NCBI GenBank assembly: GCA_963810095.1
Contig: CAWEMM010000007.1
Span: 64,001 to 128,000 of the forward strand
Length of the DNA: 64,000 nucleotides
Source: an uncultured Chloroflexia bacterium
GTDB taxonomy: Bacteria > Chloroflexota > Anaerolineae > CG2-30-64-16
Reading direction: 5' to 3'
Positions 19,212 to 29,654 of this stretch are shown here, one piece after another. The notes beneath the pieces were generated by a model. The model was not told the DNA's origin and made no database searches. It saw only the letters and a list, made by a program, of their open reading frames with translations. The stretch's first letter is position 1. Each line of letters opens with the position of its first letter. The position numbers and the translations under genes were made by a program.

Positions 19212-21539
19212 CTACTGCCCCCTGCCGAGCAGGGGCAAGAAGGTGGGGAGTCCAAACCGTACGACCGCAAGTGCCTCTTCACCGCCCGGGTTCTTCACCC
19301 AGACCCCTCGGAGGCCCGGCTTAGCGCCCGGCGTCAGTACCGCAGTGAGCTCGGTGCTGCTTACGAAGGTGGTGGCGAGCGGCACATCCACGGTCACGGT
19401 GGCGCCCGGCTCGAAGTTCTCGCCTTTGATGGTCAGCGAGCCGGTCATCCCCACGGGCGCGGTCACGGACGTAATGCGCGGCATGTGCCAGCCGCCAACG
19501 GACACCTCGTCGACGTCGATTGTGGGAACGTTGTCGCCCCCCGGGTGTTGGAAAGCAAACGTCAGCACCGCGGTCTTTCCCGCCCAAGCGCTGAGATCGG
19601 CCCAGGCGTGCGACCAGATGGGACCTTGGGACCAGTTGAGCGCAAGGTCCGCCGCCGGGCCTCCCTCAGGCGTCAGGGTGACGCGCAGCAGGGCCAGCGA
19701 CCCGCCGGCGGGGTCAGTGCGGGCAAAGAAGGACAGCGTCGGCTTGTCAGAAGCTGCGGGAACTTGTACCTGCTGCCGTATGCCGTAGGTGCCTGCCGCG
19801 GGCGGGTAGATGATGCCCAGGCGAACGGCAGCGTATCCCGAATGCTGCGTACCGTTCCACACGCTCACTCCGGAGGAACCCAGCTGCTCCCAACCGGCAA
19901 GCCCGCTCTCGAAGCCGCCGTTCGTCACCGCGACGGTCTTGGGCGGCAGCGCGATGTCCACCCGGTCGGTCACGTTCCAGCCCGGCGCAACTACGTCGGG
20001 CAGCGGGCCGTAGGCAGGGTGCGAGGCGCGAAGGTAGTAGAATCCGTCGAACGCGTAGGCATCGTATCTGCCGTCCGGACCGCTGAGGAATGGGATGTCC
20101 GGGTTGGTGGACCCGAGGATGCGGACGCCCGGGATGCCGGTCTGCCGGTTGTCGAAGACCCGTCCAACGTACCGCTCGCGGTAGAACGTCGTCTGGCCCT
20201 CACCGTCCGGAGAGGCCACCCACCGCTCCCGGTTGCCCACGTTGTCGATGGCATGCACACGGAAGCTGACCGTCTGGCCCGACTGCCCGGTGAAGGGCGT
20301 CGAGGTGACGGTGGGATCGGGCAGGTATGCCGTCTCCCAGTTGACTCCGTCCCGCTTGTACTGGAGCTCGTACCGCGCGATGCCCGAACCCACGTCGGAC
20401 CCGCTCCACGAGAGCGTGATGCCGTTCATCGAGGACGCGAGCCGGGGGACCGGGTTCAATCCAGACACGGGTGCGACGAAATCGGTCTTTTGCCAATCGG
20501 GTGACATGTCTATGACAGACCCGGGAATCGTCACCGCCGCTCCAAGCGGCTCGACCGCGCGGCGCACGAGGTTGCTGCTGTCGATATACACGACCCCGTT
20601 CTGCTCGAAGTACGTGACCTCGGCCATGACGACGCTCGACCCGTCGGGCGCGTAGCCGCCCATCAGCATGTCGGTGTTGGGCCGGGTTGGCCCGTAGATG
20701 AACTCGGGGTCAGGATGTAGGACAGTGAGCCAGATACTGGCAACGTCGTTCCAACCGTCGTTGTTGTAGTCGAAGTCAAACCCGATGCGATAGCCGTCGG
20801 GCGACCAGGCGAGGTGTTGAAGGTAGCGCAGGTCGCCGGTAACGGCATGCGCGTTCGCGCCGCTGGCGTCGGCAACCCAGATTTGGCCGGTGTTGCCCGA
20901 GTAGCGGATCCAGGCAATGGAGAGCCCGTCGGGAGACCAGACAGGGCCGCCGTCGATCTCGGGACCTGCGGCAAAGGCAGCCAGCCCCGTGCCGTCGGCG
21001 TTCATCACCCAAACATTCCAGTTGCCCCCGCGATTGGACGAGAAGGCGATCCGGCGGCCATCAGGCGACCAGGATGGTTCCGTATCGTCCGCTGGGTCGC
21101 TGGTGAGCTGGCGGAGCCCGCTGCCGTCCGGGGCCATGCTGAAGATCTCCCAGTTGCCGGCGCGGTCCGAGACGAAGGCGATCCGGCCATCGGCCGGGCT
21201 TTGGCGGGGCATGTCGTCCGAGGCCGGCCCGCTGGTCAGCGGCCGCACGTCCGTGCCGTCCGGACGCATCGAGAAGATGTCCCAACTGCCGTTGCGAGCT
21301 GACGCAAACGCAATGCGCGACCAGTTGAAGAGGGCTCCCTGGTCTGCCGGCGCCGCGGCCGGCTGGGCCGGCCCTGCAGCGGGAGCCTGCCACGCCTGGT
21401 CGGGAAGCAAGGCGGGCGTACCGCTGCCCGGGCCGTAGAATCGCTTTGGCGGCGCCGGGCGCTCCGCGCCGGCGGCTGCCGGAGCCAAAAGGGCTAGCAG
21501 GCAGAAAAGGGCCAGGAGCACGCGCATCGACCTTGACAT
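19212..21539 (-). CDS. Secreted TolB-like (PD40) beta-propeller + FN3 + carbohydrate-binding-like + IPT/TIG protein with C-terminal FLP tail
   Basis: Signal peptide MSRSMRVLLALFCLLALL; IAFVSDR..WEIFSM..PSWSPDG repeats; LSWSGSDVGSGIARY..FRVHAIDNVGN; TNGGFE; IKGENF..TFVSSTEL; ends TFLPLLGRGQ. Confidence 0.8.
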   Translation of the reverse strand: MSRSMRVLLALFCLLALLAPAAAGAERPAPPKRFYGPGSGTPALLPDQAWQAPAAGPAQPAAAPADQGALFNWSRIAFASARNGSWDIFSMRPDGTDVRPLTSGPASDDMPRQSPADGRIAFVSDRAGNWEIFSMAPDGSGLRQLTSDPADDTEPSWSPDGRRIAFSSNRGGNWNVWVMNADGTGLAAFAAGPEIDGGPVWSPDGLSIAWIRYSGNTGQIWVADASGANAHAVTGDLRYLQHLAWSPDGYRIGFDFDYNNDGWNDVASIWLTVLHPDPEFIYGPTRPNTDMLMGGYAPDGSSVVMAEVTYFEQNGVVYIDSSNLVRRAVEPLGAAVTIPGSVIDMSPDWQKTDFVAPVSGLNPVPRLASSMNGITLSWSGSDVGSGIARYELQYKRDGVNWETAYLPDPTVTSTPFTGQSGQTVSFRVHAIDNVGNRERWVASPDGEGQTTFYRERYVGRVFDNRQTGIPGVRILGSTNPDIPFLSGPDGRYDAYAFDGFYYLRASHPAYGPLPDVVAPGWNVTDRVDIALPPKTVAVTNGGFESGLAGWEQLGSSGVSVWNGTQHSGYAAVRLGIIYPPAAGTYGIRQQVQVPAASDKPTLSFFARTDPAGGSLALLRVTLTPEGGPAADLALNWSQGPIWSHAWADLSAWAGKTAVLTFAFQHPGGDNVPTIDVDEVSVGGWHMPRITSVTAPVGMTGSLTIKGENFEPGATVTVDVPLATTFVSSTELTAVLTPGAKPGLRGVWVKNPGGEEALAVVRFGLPTFLPLLGRGQ

Positions 21540-21653
21540 GGAACCCCCGTGGGATAGATGATGGGGCCGCCGGTTCAGGAGCCCTGGCGGCGGCCGGCAA
21601 GCGTGATGAATAGTACAGGAATGCACTTTATTTTGCAAGTCGACGAGTGATCT

Positions 21654-24167
21654 GTGGCGTCTGAAAACCTGAGCGAGCGAATTGCCGGGGGCATCGCGCG
21701 CGCCGCAGCCTGGTTTGCCGAGCGGGGCTGGTCGCCGTTCGAGTTTCAACGCGAGGCGTGGGCCGCGTACCTGCTCGGGGAGAGCGGGCTGATCCACGCC
21801 GCGACTGGCACGGGCAAAACGATGGCCGTCTGGTGGGGGCCGCTGCTCGAGTGGCTGGCCGAGCATCCCGATCGCAAGGCATGGCGTGCGCCCCAGGGCT
21901 TGCGGGTGCTGTGGGTCACGCCGATGCGGGCGCTTGCGGCGGACACGGAGCGGGCGCTGCGCGACGTCGTGGACGACCTCGGCTTGCCGTGGACCGTCGA
22001 GCGGCGAACCGGCGACACGGGCGGCTCCGTGAAGGCGCGGCAACTTAGGAAGCCGCCGGCAGCACTCGTCACCACGCCGGAGAGCCTGGCGTTGATGCTC
22101 TCACAGGAGGGGGCCAGGGGTTATTTCGGTGCGCTCGACCTGATCGTCGTCGACGAGTGGCACGAGCTGCTCGGGTCCAAGCGCGGGTCGCTGACCGAGC
22201 TTTGCCTGGCCCGGCTGCGCGGCTGGCGGCCCGACCTGCGGCTGTGGGGGCTGTCGGCCACGCTCGGCAACCTGGACGAGGCGCTGGCGGCGCTGGTGGG
22301 CGTCGATGAGCTGGGCTGCGCCGCGGCCGGGCCGCCTCATCCGGGCGGTCATTCCGAAGCAGGTCGTGGTCGACTCGCTGATTCCGCCGAGGGTCGACCG
22401 ATTTCCCTGGGCGGGACACCTGGGCCTTGTCATGCTGCCGCAGGTGGTCGGCGCCATCGAGGAGTCGCGCTCGACGCTGGTGTTTACGAATACGCGCAAC
22501 CAGGCGGAGAGGTGGTACCAGTCCATCCTGGAAGCGCGGCCCGACTGGGCGGGGGTCCTCGCGCTCCATCACGGCTCGCTGGCCGCAGAGACCCGAGCGT
22601 GGGTGGAGGACGGGCTGCGCGACGGGCGGCTGCTGGCGGTCGTCGCGACGGCCAGCCTCGACCTCGGCGTGGACTTTTCGCCGGTCGACCGGGTGCTGCA
22701 AATTGGCAGCCCGAAGGGAATCGGCCGGCTGCTCCAGCGGGCGGGGCGCAGCGGCCACCAGCCCGGCGCGCTGAGCCGGGTTTCGTGCGTGCCCACGAAC
22801 GCGCTGGAACTGGTGGAGGCCGCCGCGGCCCGGGATGCGGCGGAAGGCGGGCGGGTCGAGCCGCGCGAGCCGCTGGCGAAACCGCTGGACGTGCTCGTGC
22901 AGCATCTCGTCACAGTCGGGCTGGGCGGCGGCTTTGCGCCCGCAGCGCTCCTGGCCGAAGTACGGACCGCGTACGGGTACAAGGACCTGTCGGTCGAAGA
23001 GTGGCAGTGGGCGCTCGACTTCGTCGCCAACGGCGGGGGCGCGCTGGGCGCGTACCCGGAATACCGCCGGCTTGCGCTCGTCGACGGGCAGTACCGGGTG
23101 GTCGACAAGGACATCGCACAGCGGCACCGCCTTTCGATCGGCACAATCACGAGCGACCCGGTTATCGAGGTCAAGTACTTGCGCGGGCCGAGCCTGGGCT
23201 CCACGTCCGAGTCGTTCATCAGCCGGCTTAAGCCGGGCGACAGGTTCATTTTTGCGGGCACGCCGCTCGAGTTCGTGCGGGTGCACGATATGACGGCGTG
23301 GGTGCGCCGCTCGAACTCGCTGAAGGGTGCGATCCCCACGTGGACGGGCACCGGGCTGCCCATCTCGCAGGAGTTGAGCGACGCGGTCCTGGTCCGGCTG
23401 GGGGAGGCGCGGGAGGGGCGGCTGGAGGGGCCGGAAATGCAGGCGGTGGCGCCGGTGCTGCGGGTGCAGATGAAAGTCTCCACGCTGCCCGCGCCGGGCG
23501 AGCTGCTGATCGAGCGGGTCAAGACCGCGAGGGGCATCACCTCTTCTTCTACCCGTTCGCCGGTAAGTTGGTCAACGCGGGGCTGGCGGCGCTCTTCGCC
23601 TACCGCCTCAGCCGGCTACAGCCCATCACGTTCACCACGACGGCGAACGATTATGGGTTTGAGCTGCTCTCGGCGGAGAAACCAGGTTTCTCGACCCTCG
23701 GCTCGGCCGAGGCGAAACCCGGTTTCTTGTTCGCGACCGACACCCTGCTCGACGACATCCTGGCGAGCATGAATGCGGGCGAGATGGCCAAGCGCCAGTT
23801 CCGCGAAATCGCCCGGGTGGCCGGCCTGGTCTTCCAGGGGTTTCCCGGCCGGCATCACCCCGCCCGCCATCTGCAGGCGTCTAGCAGCTTGTTTTACGAG
23901 GTGTTTCAGAAGTACGACGAGGGGAACCTGCTGCTGGCCCAGGCGCAGCGTGAGGTGCTGGCGAGACAACTCGAGCAGAGCCGGCTGGCGCGCATCCTGC
24001 AGCGGCTGGCGGAGGGCGAGGTCGTGCTGAAGGACGTCGCCCGGCCGACGCCGCTGGCGTTCCCGCTGCTGGTGGAACGGATGGAGACGGCGCTCAGCTC
24101 GGAGTCGCTGCGCGAACGCATCGAGCGCATGACGGTGACACTCGAGAAATGGGCTGACGCTAGCTGA
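21654..24167 (+). CDS. Ligase-associated DEXH-box (Lhr-like) helicase; apparent frameshifts near 22320 and 23530
   Basis: AATGTGKT, TPMRALA, TTPESL, VDEWHELLGSKRG, GLSATLGN, FTNTR, HHGSL, SLDLGVDF, QRAGRSGH, FREIARVAGL, PTPLAFPL. Confidence 0.88.
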
Positions 24168-24168
24168 C

Positions 24169-24218
24169 AGAAACCTGGTTTCTGAGCCAGCGACGCTGGC
24201 GGGTGAAACCTGGTTTCT
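24169..24218. repeat. Paired GAAACCTGGTTTC palindromes
   Basis: AGAAACCTGGTTTCT at 24169-24183 and GAAACCTGGTTTC at 24205-24217. Confidence 0.7.
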
Positions 24219-24245
24219 CTCGGATGCTGTGGCAGAATAAGGATC

Positions 24246-24899
24246 ATGGACGAAGAAGAAGTCGTGGTTGCCGGCGAGGGGCTGGTGATGCTGCCCGAGC
24301 GGGCGGTGTACTGGCCGCGCGAAGGCACGCTGCTGATTGCGGACCCCCATTTCGGCAAGGCCGCCAGCTTTCGCGCGTTCGGCGTGCCTGTGCCCGAGCA
24401 GACCACAGAGGACAACCTCGCCCGCTTGGACGCCGCGCTTGCACGTTCGGGTGCGGACCGGCTGGTCGTGCTCGGCGACTTCCTGCACGCCCGCCACGGC
24501 CGCTCGCCCGAGCTTCTTGCCGCGCTGGCTCGCTGGCGAGCGGCGCACTCGGCCCTGCCGATCCTGCTGGTGCGGGGCAACCACGACGACCGGGCGGGCG
24601 ACCCGCCGGACGAGTGGGGCATCGAGTGCCAGGAAGAGCCGGTCGCCTGTCCGCCGTTCGTCTGGCGGCACGAGCCGGCCGCGTCCGTCGAGGGATACGT
24701 CCTTGCGGGGCACGTCCATCCCGCGGTTCACCTGTCCGGTCCGGGCGGGCTGGGCGCAACCCTGCCGTGTTTCTACTTCGGCCGGGAATACGGCTTGCTG
24801 CCCGCATTTGGGGACTTCACGGGAACCGGCCTGGTGCGCCCGCGCGCCGGCGACAGGGTGTTCGTGGTCGCGGACGGGACGGTCATGCGCAAGGCGTAG
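24246..24899 (+). CDS. pdeM: Ligase-associated DNA damage response endonuclease (metallophosphoesterase)
   Basis: IADPHFGK, VLGDFLH, VRGNHD, HEP, GHVHP, LPAFG; fourth gene of the exonuclease-ligase-helicase cluster. Confidence 0.88.
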   Translation: MDEEEVVVAGEGLVMLPERAVYWPREGTLLIADPHFGKAASFRAFGVPVPEQTTEDNLARLDAALARSGADRLVVLGDFLHARHGRSPELLAALARWRAAHSALPILLVRGNHDDRAGDPPDEWGIECQEEPVACPPFVWRHEPAASVEGYVLAGHVHPAVHLSGPGGLGATLPCFYFGREYGLLPAFGDFTGTGLVRPRAGDRVFVVADGTVMRKA

Positions 24900-24911
24900 G
24901 GCCGGGCGCGA

Positions 24912-24962
24912 AGACCTGCCAGGTTGGCCCGGCCACGCGGTGCCGGCGGACCTGGCAGGTCT
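24912..24962. repeat. REP-like inverted pair AGACCTGCCAGGT / ACCTGGCAGGTCT
   Basis: Perfect 13-bp inverted repeat between convergent genes. Confidence 0.6.
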
Positions 24963-24975
24963 CACCCGCACCAAG

Positions 24976-27900
24976 CTACCCGCTGATCGCGGCGACCAGT
25001 TTTTCCGCCGTCTCCCGCGTCTTGGCGATTCCGATCAACACCCGCTTACCGTCGGAATGGATCGCCCAGCAGTCCTGCGGCCCCTGCCACACGCGCACGG
25101 GATTCTCCGCGAGCAGGTCGTCGGTTTGCTCCTCGTAGCCGAGTTTACTGCGCAGCGCGAGGCCGAGCAGCGCAGTGAACTCCTGCTGATCCTCGAGGGT
25201 GTCCCAATCAGCCACAACCGCGAGCCCGTAACCGCCGCCTTTGTCCTTCACCAGGGCGTAGCGGTCGCCGCCCCACCCGGTCGACGCCTGTGCGGCAAAC
25301 GTCGGGCCGATGTCAGGCTGGAGCAGCGCCCGCCACGCAATCTCGCCCATCACCTCTTCCTCGGCCAGCGTCCAGCCAGCCCCGAGTCTCTCGGCCACCT
25401 TGGGCAGCTTGACTGCCACCGGCTTCTCGTCGGCCCGGTAGCGCTCGGGATGCAGGATCTGCTCGGTTGAGGCCGGCGGCCGCACGTACAGGCCGTCAAC
25501 CTCCTTCCAGCCGCCGCGGTCGTATGCTGCGGTGACAAAGTCCTGGCCCGCTTCGTAGGGGAAAGAGAACAGCTGGCTGAGGAATGCCGGTGCGGATCTC
25601 ACGGCTTGCTCGTCCAGCTCGCCCGTCGCGTTGGAGAACATCTGCAAGCTGTCGACCAGCGCCACTTTCGACTCCGCGTACTGCGTTTCCGCCAGCGTCG
25701 CGTCACCCTCGAGCAGCGCGGTTACTGCCATGCTCGCGTCGCTGTCGGCTGCGCTCAGGTTTGGAAAGTTCTGGTCCTGCAGCGCGTGCACGTACTCGTG
25801 CGCCATCGTCAGCCGTTGAAAGCTGGTCGGCGTCTTGCCGTTCAGGACGCGCAGGTCATCGGTCCGGTTGTCATAATATCCAACGACCTGCTCGCTCGCC
25901 AAGTCGCCGGCGATCTCGTCCAGCTTCGCGTCGGGCCCGAGCACCCCTAGCAGGCGGTACAATGCTTCGCTCTGCTCGTTGTCTGTGCCGGTCTCGGCCG
26001 CCACTTCCTCCTTGTACTGGGCGGCGAACTCCTCGGGGGTGATCATCGTGACGCTAATCGGCTTGCGCACCTGCAGGCCGCGCACCTCGGCCGCGTCCTT
26101 GCCCACTTGCTCGATATCGGCCTTGGTCACCGCCTGCTCGCCCGGCGCGCCTGCGTCGATGTTGAAGCGGCTGAGCATGCCGGCCTCGCTTACGATCTGG
26201 AGTGCAACATCCTGGAGGTCTTCCAGTTCGGCCTTCAGGGTGAGGTACGGCTTCCCTTTGCCGTCTAGCCCGTTGATGGTGGCCCCCGCCACGGGCGGGT
26301 CCAGCCGCGCACCGAAGATCGCCGCCAGCCCGGCCGCAACCAGCGTCCGCGTCGCCATCATCTCCGGGGTGTCCTTCGCGCCAGACGACACGCTCAAGAC
26401 GAGGCGCCGGTCCTTGGCGCTCTTGCCAGTGATCTTCGCCGTCAGCCGCCCGTCGAGGAACTTCTGGCTGACCAGGTCCAACTGGTCGATCGCTTCCGCG
26501 TCTTTGAGCGGCCAGCCCGCCTTGAGCAGGGCCAGCATCTGTTCGGCCGCCTGGTCCTTCTCCTCGCTCATCTTTAAGTATGTTTCGTACTCTGAGACGG
26601 CCAGCTTGTACTGGCGGGTCTTGATGTACGCGAGCCCTAGATACATGTGAGAATCCGCGTTCTTGTCGCCGTCGCTGATTGCTTTCTTTAGCAGCGGAAT
26701 CGCGTCCTTCGCCCTGCCGCTTGCCAGCAGCGCCACCGCGTACCGCTGGCCGAGTGTCGGATAGCTGGAGTCGAGCTCGTATGCCGCGCCGCACGCATCT
26801 GCAGCCTCGGCGAACTTCTCCTGTGCGAGTTCGCTGAGGCAGAACCAGAAGCGCGTGCCCACATCGTCCGCCCCCAGATCGATCGCGAGGCCGAGCTCCG
26901 TCTCGGCTTCCGCATACTGGCCCGCGTCCAGGTAGCGCATCCCAGTCTCGCTCACGAAATAGGCCGGAAAGGCCGCGATGGATGCCGCCAGGCCATAAGA
27001 AGCAAGAGTGTCCTCGGTTCGCTCTGCCGTCCGCTGCGCGGATATCAGGGTCATCCAAATCTGCGGGTCATACGGGTCGAGCCCGATCGCTTTCTCTGCC
27101 TCCGCCAACGCCTTCTTGTTGTCCTCGAGGCAACTGTACGCGGTCGCGAGGTCTGCGTGCAGCGAGGCCTGGCGGGGCCTGGTTTCCAGTTCTTTCTCGA
27201 TCAGGGTCTTCGCCTCATTGCACTGGCCTGCATTGAGCTTGGTGATGATTCGCTCGGCTTGGATTCGGAAGTTGTCAGGCGAGACGGCGAGCGCACGCAG
27301 GTAGTGCGACTCCGCGGCGTCATATTTGCCCTCCTTCGCGGCCAGCAGGGCCTGCACCAGCCTGGTTTCCCACAGGTTCGGCGCGACTTTGACCGCCCGG
27401 TCCACCTTGCGATCCGCGATTTCGCTGTAGTTCGTGAAGATCGTAAGGTGAGCAACGGCGTTCAACGTGGCCGGATAGTCGGGCAGAATCTGCGCGGCCG
27501 CGTCGTACTGGACCTTCGCGCCGTCGAAGTCGCCGAGGTTTTTCAGCGCCCCGCCGAGTGCCAGGCGCCACTGTACCGACTTGGGCTCCAGCTTGATCAT
27601 TTCGTCGAGCGCGCGGCGGGCACGCACGACGTCACGCACCCGCGCATAGACGATGCCCATGGCATGGTAGGACCGGGCCAGCTTCGGGTCTAGCTTGACC
27701 GCCTTGATTGCGGCGGTCTTCGCCTTATCCCACTGTGCGTCGTCAGCATAGGCGAGCGCGAGTGCAGCCTGCGCGAAGGAATCGTCCGGGTTCAGGCTCA
27801 CCGCCTGCTCCGCGGTTTTGAGAGCCTCGACGTTGTATTGTCGCCGTTGGACGTCCGCGAGCAGGGCGAGCACCCGGCTGTCCTTGGGCGCCATGTTAGC

Positions 27901-28221
27901 CGCCTTCTCAGCGTTCTCAAGCGCATCCTTCTCGCGGCCAGGCTGAGCGGCGAACACCTGGCCCATCCAGGCATAGCTCAGGGGGTACGCGGGATCCGCG
28001 GCGATCGCGAGGCGCAGCTCGTTTTCGGCATTGGTGAATTCGCTCGCCGCAAGGAGAGCCTGAGCCTTCTCGACGTGGGCAGCCGCGGCGCTCGCCTGCG
28101 GAGCGGGAGCGGTCTCCTGAGAGGTAGACTCATTGGCGTAGACCGGTCCTGCGGGACAGGCCGGGACGAGGAGGATCAGGACAGCGATGACAGCGACGAT
28201 GGTGCGAGTGCGCGTCTTCAT
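24976..28221 (-). CDS. Secreted TPR-repeat protein with C-terminal zincin-like domain
   Basis: Signal peptide MKTRTRTIVAVIAVLILLV; many A..LDP/..AY..LG TPR units; VVGYYD..MAHEYVHALQDQNF..LLEGDA..FPYEAG..PPASTEQILHPERY..GWGGD. Confidence 0.75.
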   Translation of the reverse strand: MKTRTRTIVAVIAVLILLVPACPAGPVYANESTSQETAPAPQASAAAAHVEKAQALLAASEFTNAENELRLAIAADPAYPLSYAWMGQVFAAQPGREKDALENAEKAANMAPKDSRVLALLADVQRRQYNVEALKTAEQAVSLNPDDSFAQAALALAYADDAQWDKAKTAAIKAVKLDPKLARSYHAMGIVYARVRDVVRARRALDEMIKLEPKSVQWRLALGGALKNLGDFDGAKVQYDAAAQILPDYPATLNAVAHLTIFTNYSEIADRKVDRAVKVAPNLWETRLVQALLAAKEGKYDAAESHYLRALAVSPDNFRIQAERIITKLNAGQCNEAKTLIEKELETRPRQASLHADLATAYSCLEDNKKALAEAEKAIGLDPYDPQIWMTLISAQRTAERTEDTLASYGLAASIAAFPAYFVSETGMRYLDAGQYAEAETELGLAIDLGADDVGTRFWFCLSELAQEKFAEAADACGAAYELDSSYPTLGQRYAVALLASGRAKDAIPLLKKAISDGDKNADSHMYLGLAYIKTRQYKLAVSEYETYLKMSEEKDQAAEQMLALLKAGWPLKDAEAIDQLDLVSQKFLDGRLTAKITGKSAKDRRLVLSVSSGAKDTPEMMATRTLVAAGLAAIFGARLDPPVAGATINGLDGKGKPYLTLKAELEDLQDVALQIVSEAGMLSRFNIDAGAPGEQAVTKADIEQVGKDAAEVRGLQVRKPISVTMITPEEFAAQYKEEVAAETGTDNEQSEALYRLLGVLGPDAKLDEIAGDLASEQVVGYYDNRTDDLRVLNGKTPTSFQRLTMAHEYVHALQDQNFPNLSAADSDASMAVTALLEGDATLAETQYAESKVALVDSLQMFSNATGELDEQAVRSAPAFLSQLFSFPYEAGQDFVTAAYDRGGWKEVDGLYVRPPASTEQILHPERYRADEKPVAVKLPKVAERLGAGWTLAEEEVMGEIAWRALLQPDIGPTFAAQASTGWGGDRYALVKDKGGGYGLAVVADWDTLEDQQEFTALLGLALRSKLGYEEQTDDLLAENPVRVWQGPQDCWAIHSDGKRVLIGIAKTRETAEKLVAAISG

Positions 28222-28343
28222 CGAGCGTCCTTTCTTTTGGGAGCGCGGCGGCCGGCCGCGCTCGCGGGGACCTATGTCGATTATAGCACCGGAAGCGGGC
28301 CTTCGCGCGCTGCTTGTGCTGCCTGCCCGGCCTCCTGGTCCGC

Positions 28344-29444
28344 CTAGGTGAACAGCCGCTTCAGGACCTCCCGCGGCGTGTTCTCCAGGACGTCCGTGTT
28401 GTCGCTTACCTGGTCGATGTTGCCGATCAGGCCCCGGGCAGCAAGGCGCCGGACCTCCGGGTCGCCGATCTGCTCCACGAGCGCCTCGGCGAAGCGCCCG
28501 CCGTGAATGACGTCGAAGGGCCGGCCCCAGAATTTCGATGCGACGGCGGGCAGTGGCGCCGTTAATCCAAGCGCATTGTGCTGTTCCGCCAGGAGTTCGT
28601 AGACCTTCGCGAGCGCCTCCACTCGTTCCTGCCAGCTGAATGCCCGTAGGACTCGCGACAGCGGCTCGGCGAGAGTCTGCGCAGCTCCTAACTGCATGAA
28701 CGCTGTTCCGAGCCATTTTGCGTACACCGAGTACTGTTTTTCCATCAGAAAACACAGATTCATCGCATCGCGCACCAGCCGCGCCGCGATCAGGCTGGAG
28801 CCCAGCTCGTCGCCGGCCTGGCCCGCCCGGCCCATCAGGTGCTCCTCCTGCCCGATGCGCGCCCAGCCGCTCGCCAGCATGTACAGCCACACGTCCCGGG
28901 GGTAGTACGCGAAACGCTCGCGCACCGCCTCCAACCCGGTTTCGTCATGGTAGACGGCGCCGGCGGTCAGGGTGCGGAGCCTCTGCTGGGAGAAAGAGAG
29001 CCAATCGGCGGGGGCCAAGTCCGCGTCCAGGTCGAAACCGAGGTAGTCGAGGACGTATCCCGGCACCGTGTACACCTCGACGCGGTGCTCCACAGGGCCG
29101 CTGTCAGTCGCCTGCAGCAGGCGGGTGCCGGGGTCCTCGGGCACGGGCTGCGCAAAGTTGGTGGGGTAGCCGAGGAAGGAGTGGGGGAGGCGCCAGCGGA
29201 AGAGTTCGTGCAGGCGGTCGCGCTCGGCCGCGTAGTCGTCCTCGACCAGAAACAGCATGGCCCGCGGGCCCCAGTGGTGGTCGGTCGAGACAGGCGTGTC
29301 AAACCCGAGCACTTCAGAGCCCGGTCCGATCAGGGCTGCGCTGTGGCGCAGCAGGGGGAACTCGGCATCCAGGACCGGCCGCACCGCCTCCCAATAGAAA
29401 CGGCGGCAGAGTTCGAGGCCGGGAACGAAAGAACTTGCTTCCAT
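28344..29444 (-). CDS. DUF4037 domain-containing (nucleotidyltransferase-like) protein
   Basis: GLELCRRFY, GPGSEVLGFD..STDHHWGPR, GAVYHD, YYPRDVW, YAKWLG. Confidence 0.75.
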   Translation of the reverse strand: MEASSFVPGLELCRRFYWEAVRPVLDAEFPLLRHSAALIGPGSEVLGFDTPVSTDHHWGPRAMLFLVEDDYAAERDRLHELFRWRLPHSFLGYPTNFAQPVPEDPGTRLLQATDSGPVEHRVEVYTVPGYVLDYLGFDLDADLAPADWLSFSQQRLRTLTAGAVYHDETGLEAVRERFAYYPRDVWLYMLASGWARIGQEEHLMGRAGQAGDELGSSLIAARLVRDAMNLCFLMEKQYSVYAKWLGTAFMQLGAAQTLAEPLSRVLRAFSWQERVEALAKVYELLAEQHNALGLTAPLPAVASKFWGRPFDVIHGGRFAEALVEQIGDPEVRRLAARGLIGNIDQVSDNTDVLENTPREVLKRLFT

Positions 29445-29654
29445 GGGCGTAGACTCACAGCTGTCGAAGCTTTCGCCGTACGCAACGGTGCTTCCGACGA
29501 CTCCGAGCTCAACGTACCAGAACCAGCGTCTGAAGGGCGTTTCAGCGAGCGTCGCAAAGGCGTTTGATGAAGATGCTCGCGCGGCGACATCCAGCCCGTA
29601 GAGCGCGCGACTCGACCTAACAGGACCCGAGTGTCTTGGTGTCGTTCGGGGCTA

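Noticed and set aside
28222-28890. N-terminal extensions of the 1304-aa, 943-aa and 927-aa ORFs
   Set aside because: They overlap neighbouring genes; better starts lie at the signal peptides (28221, 21539, ~13384)
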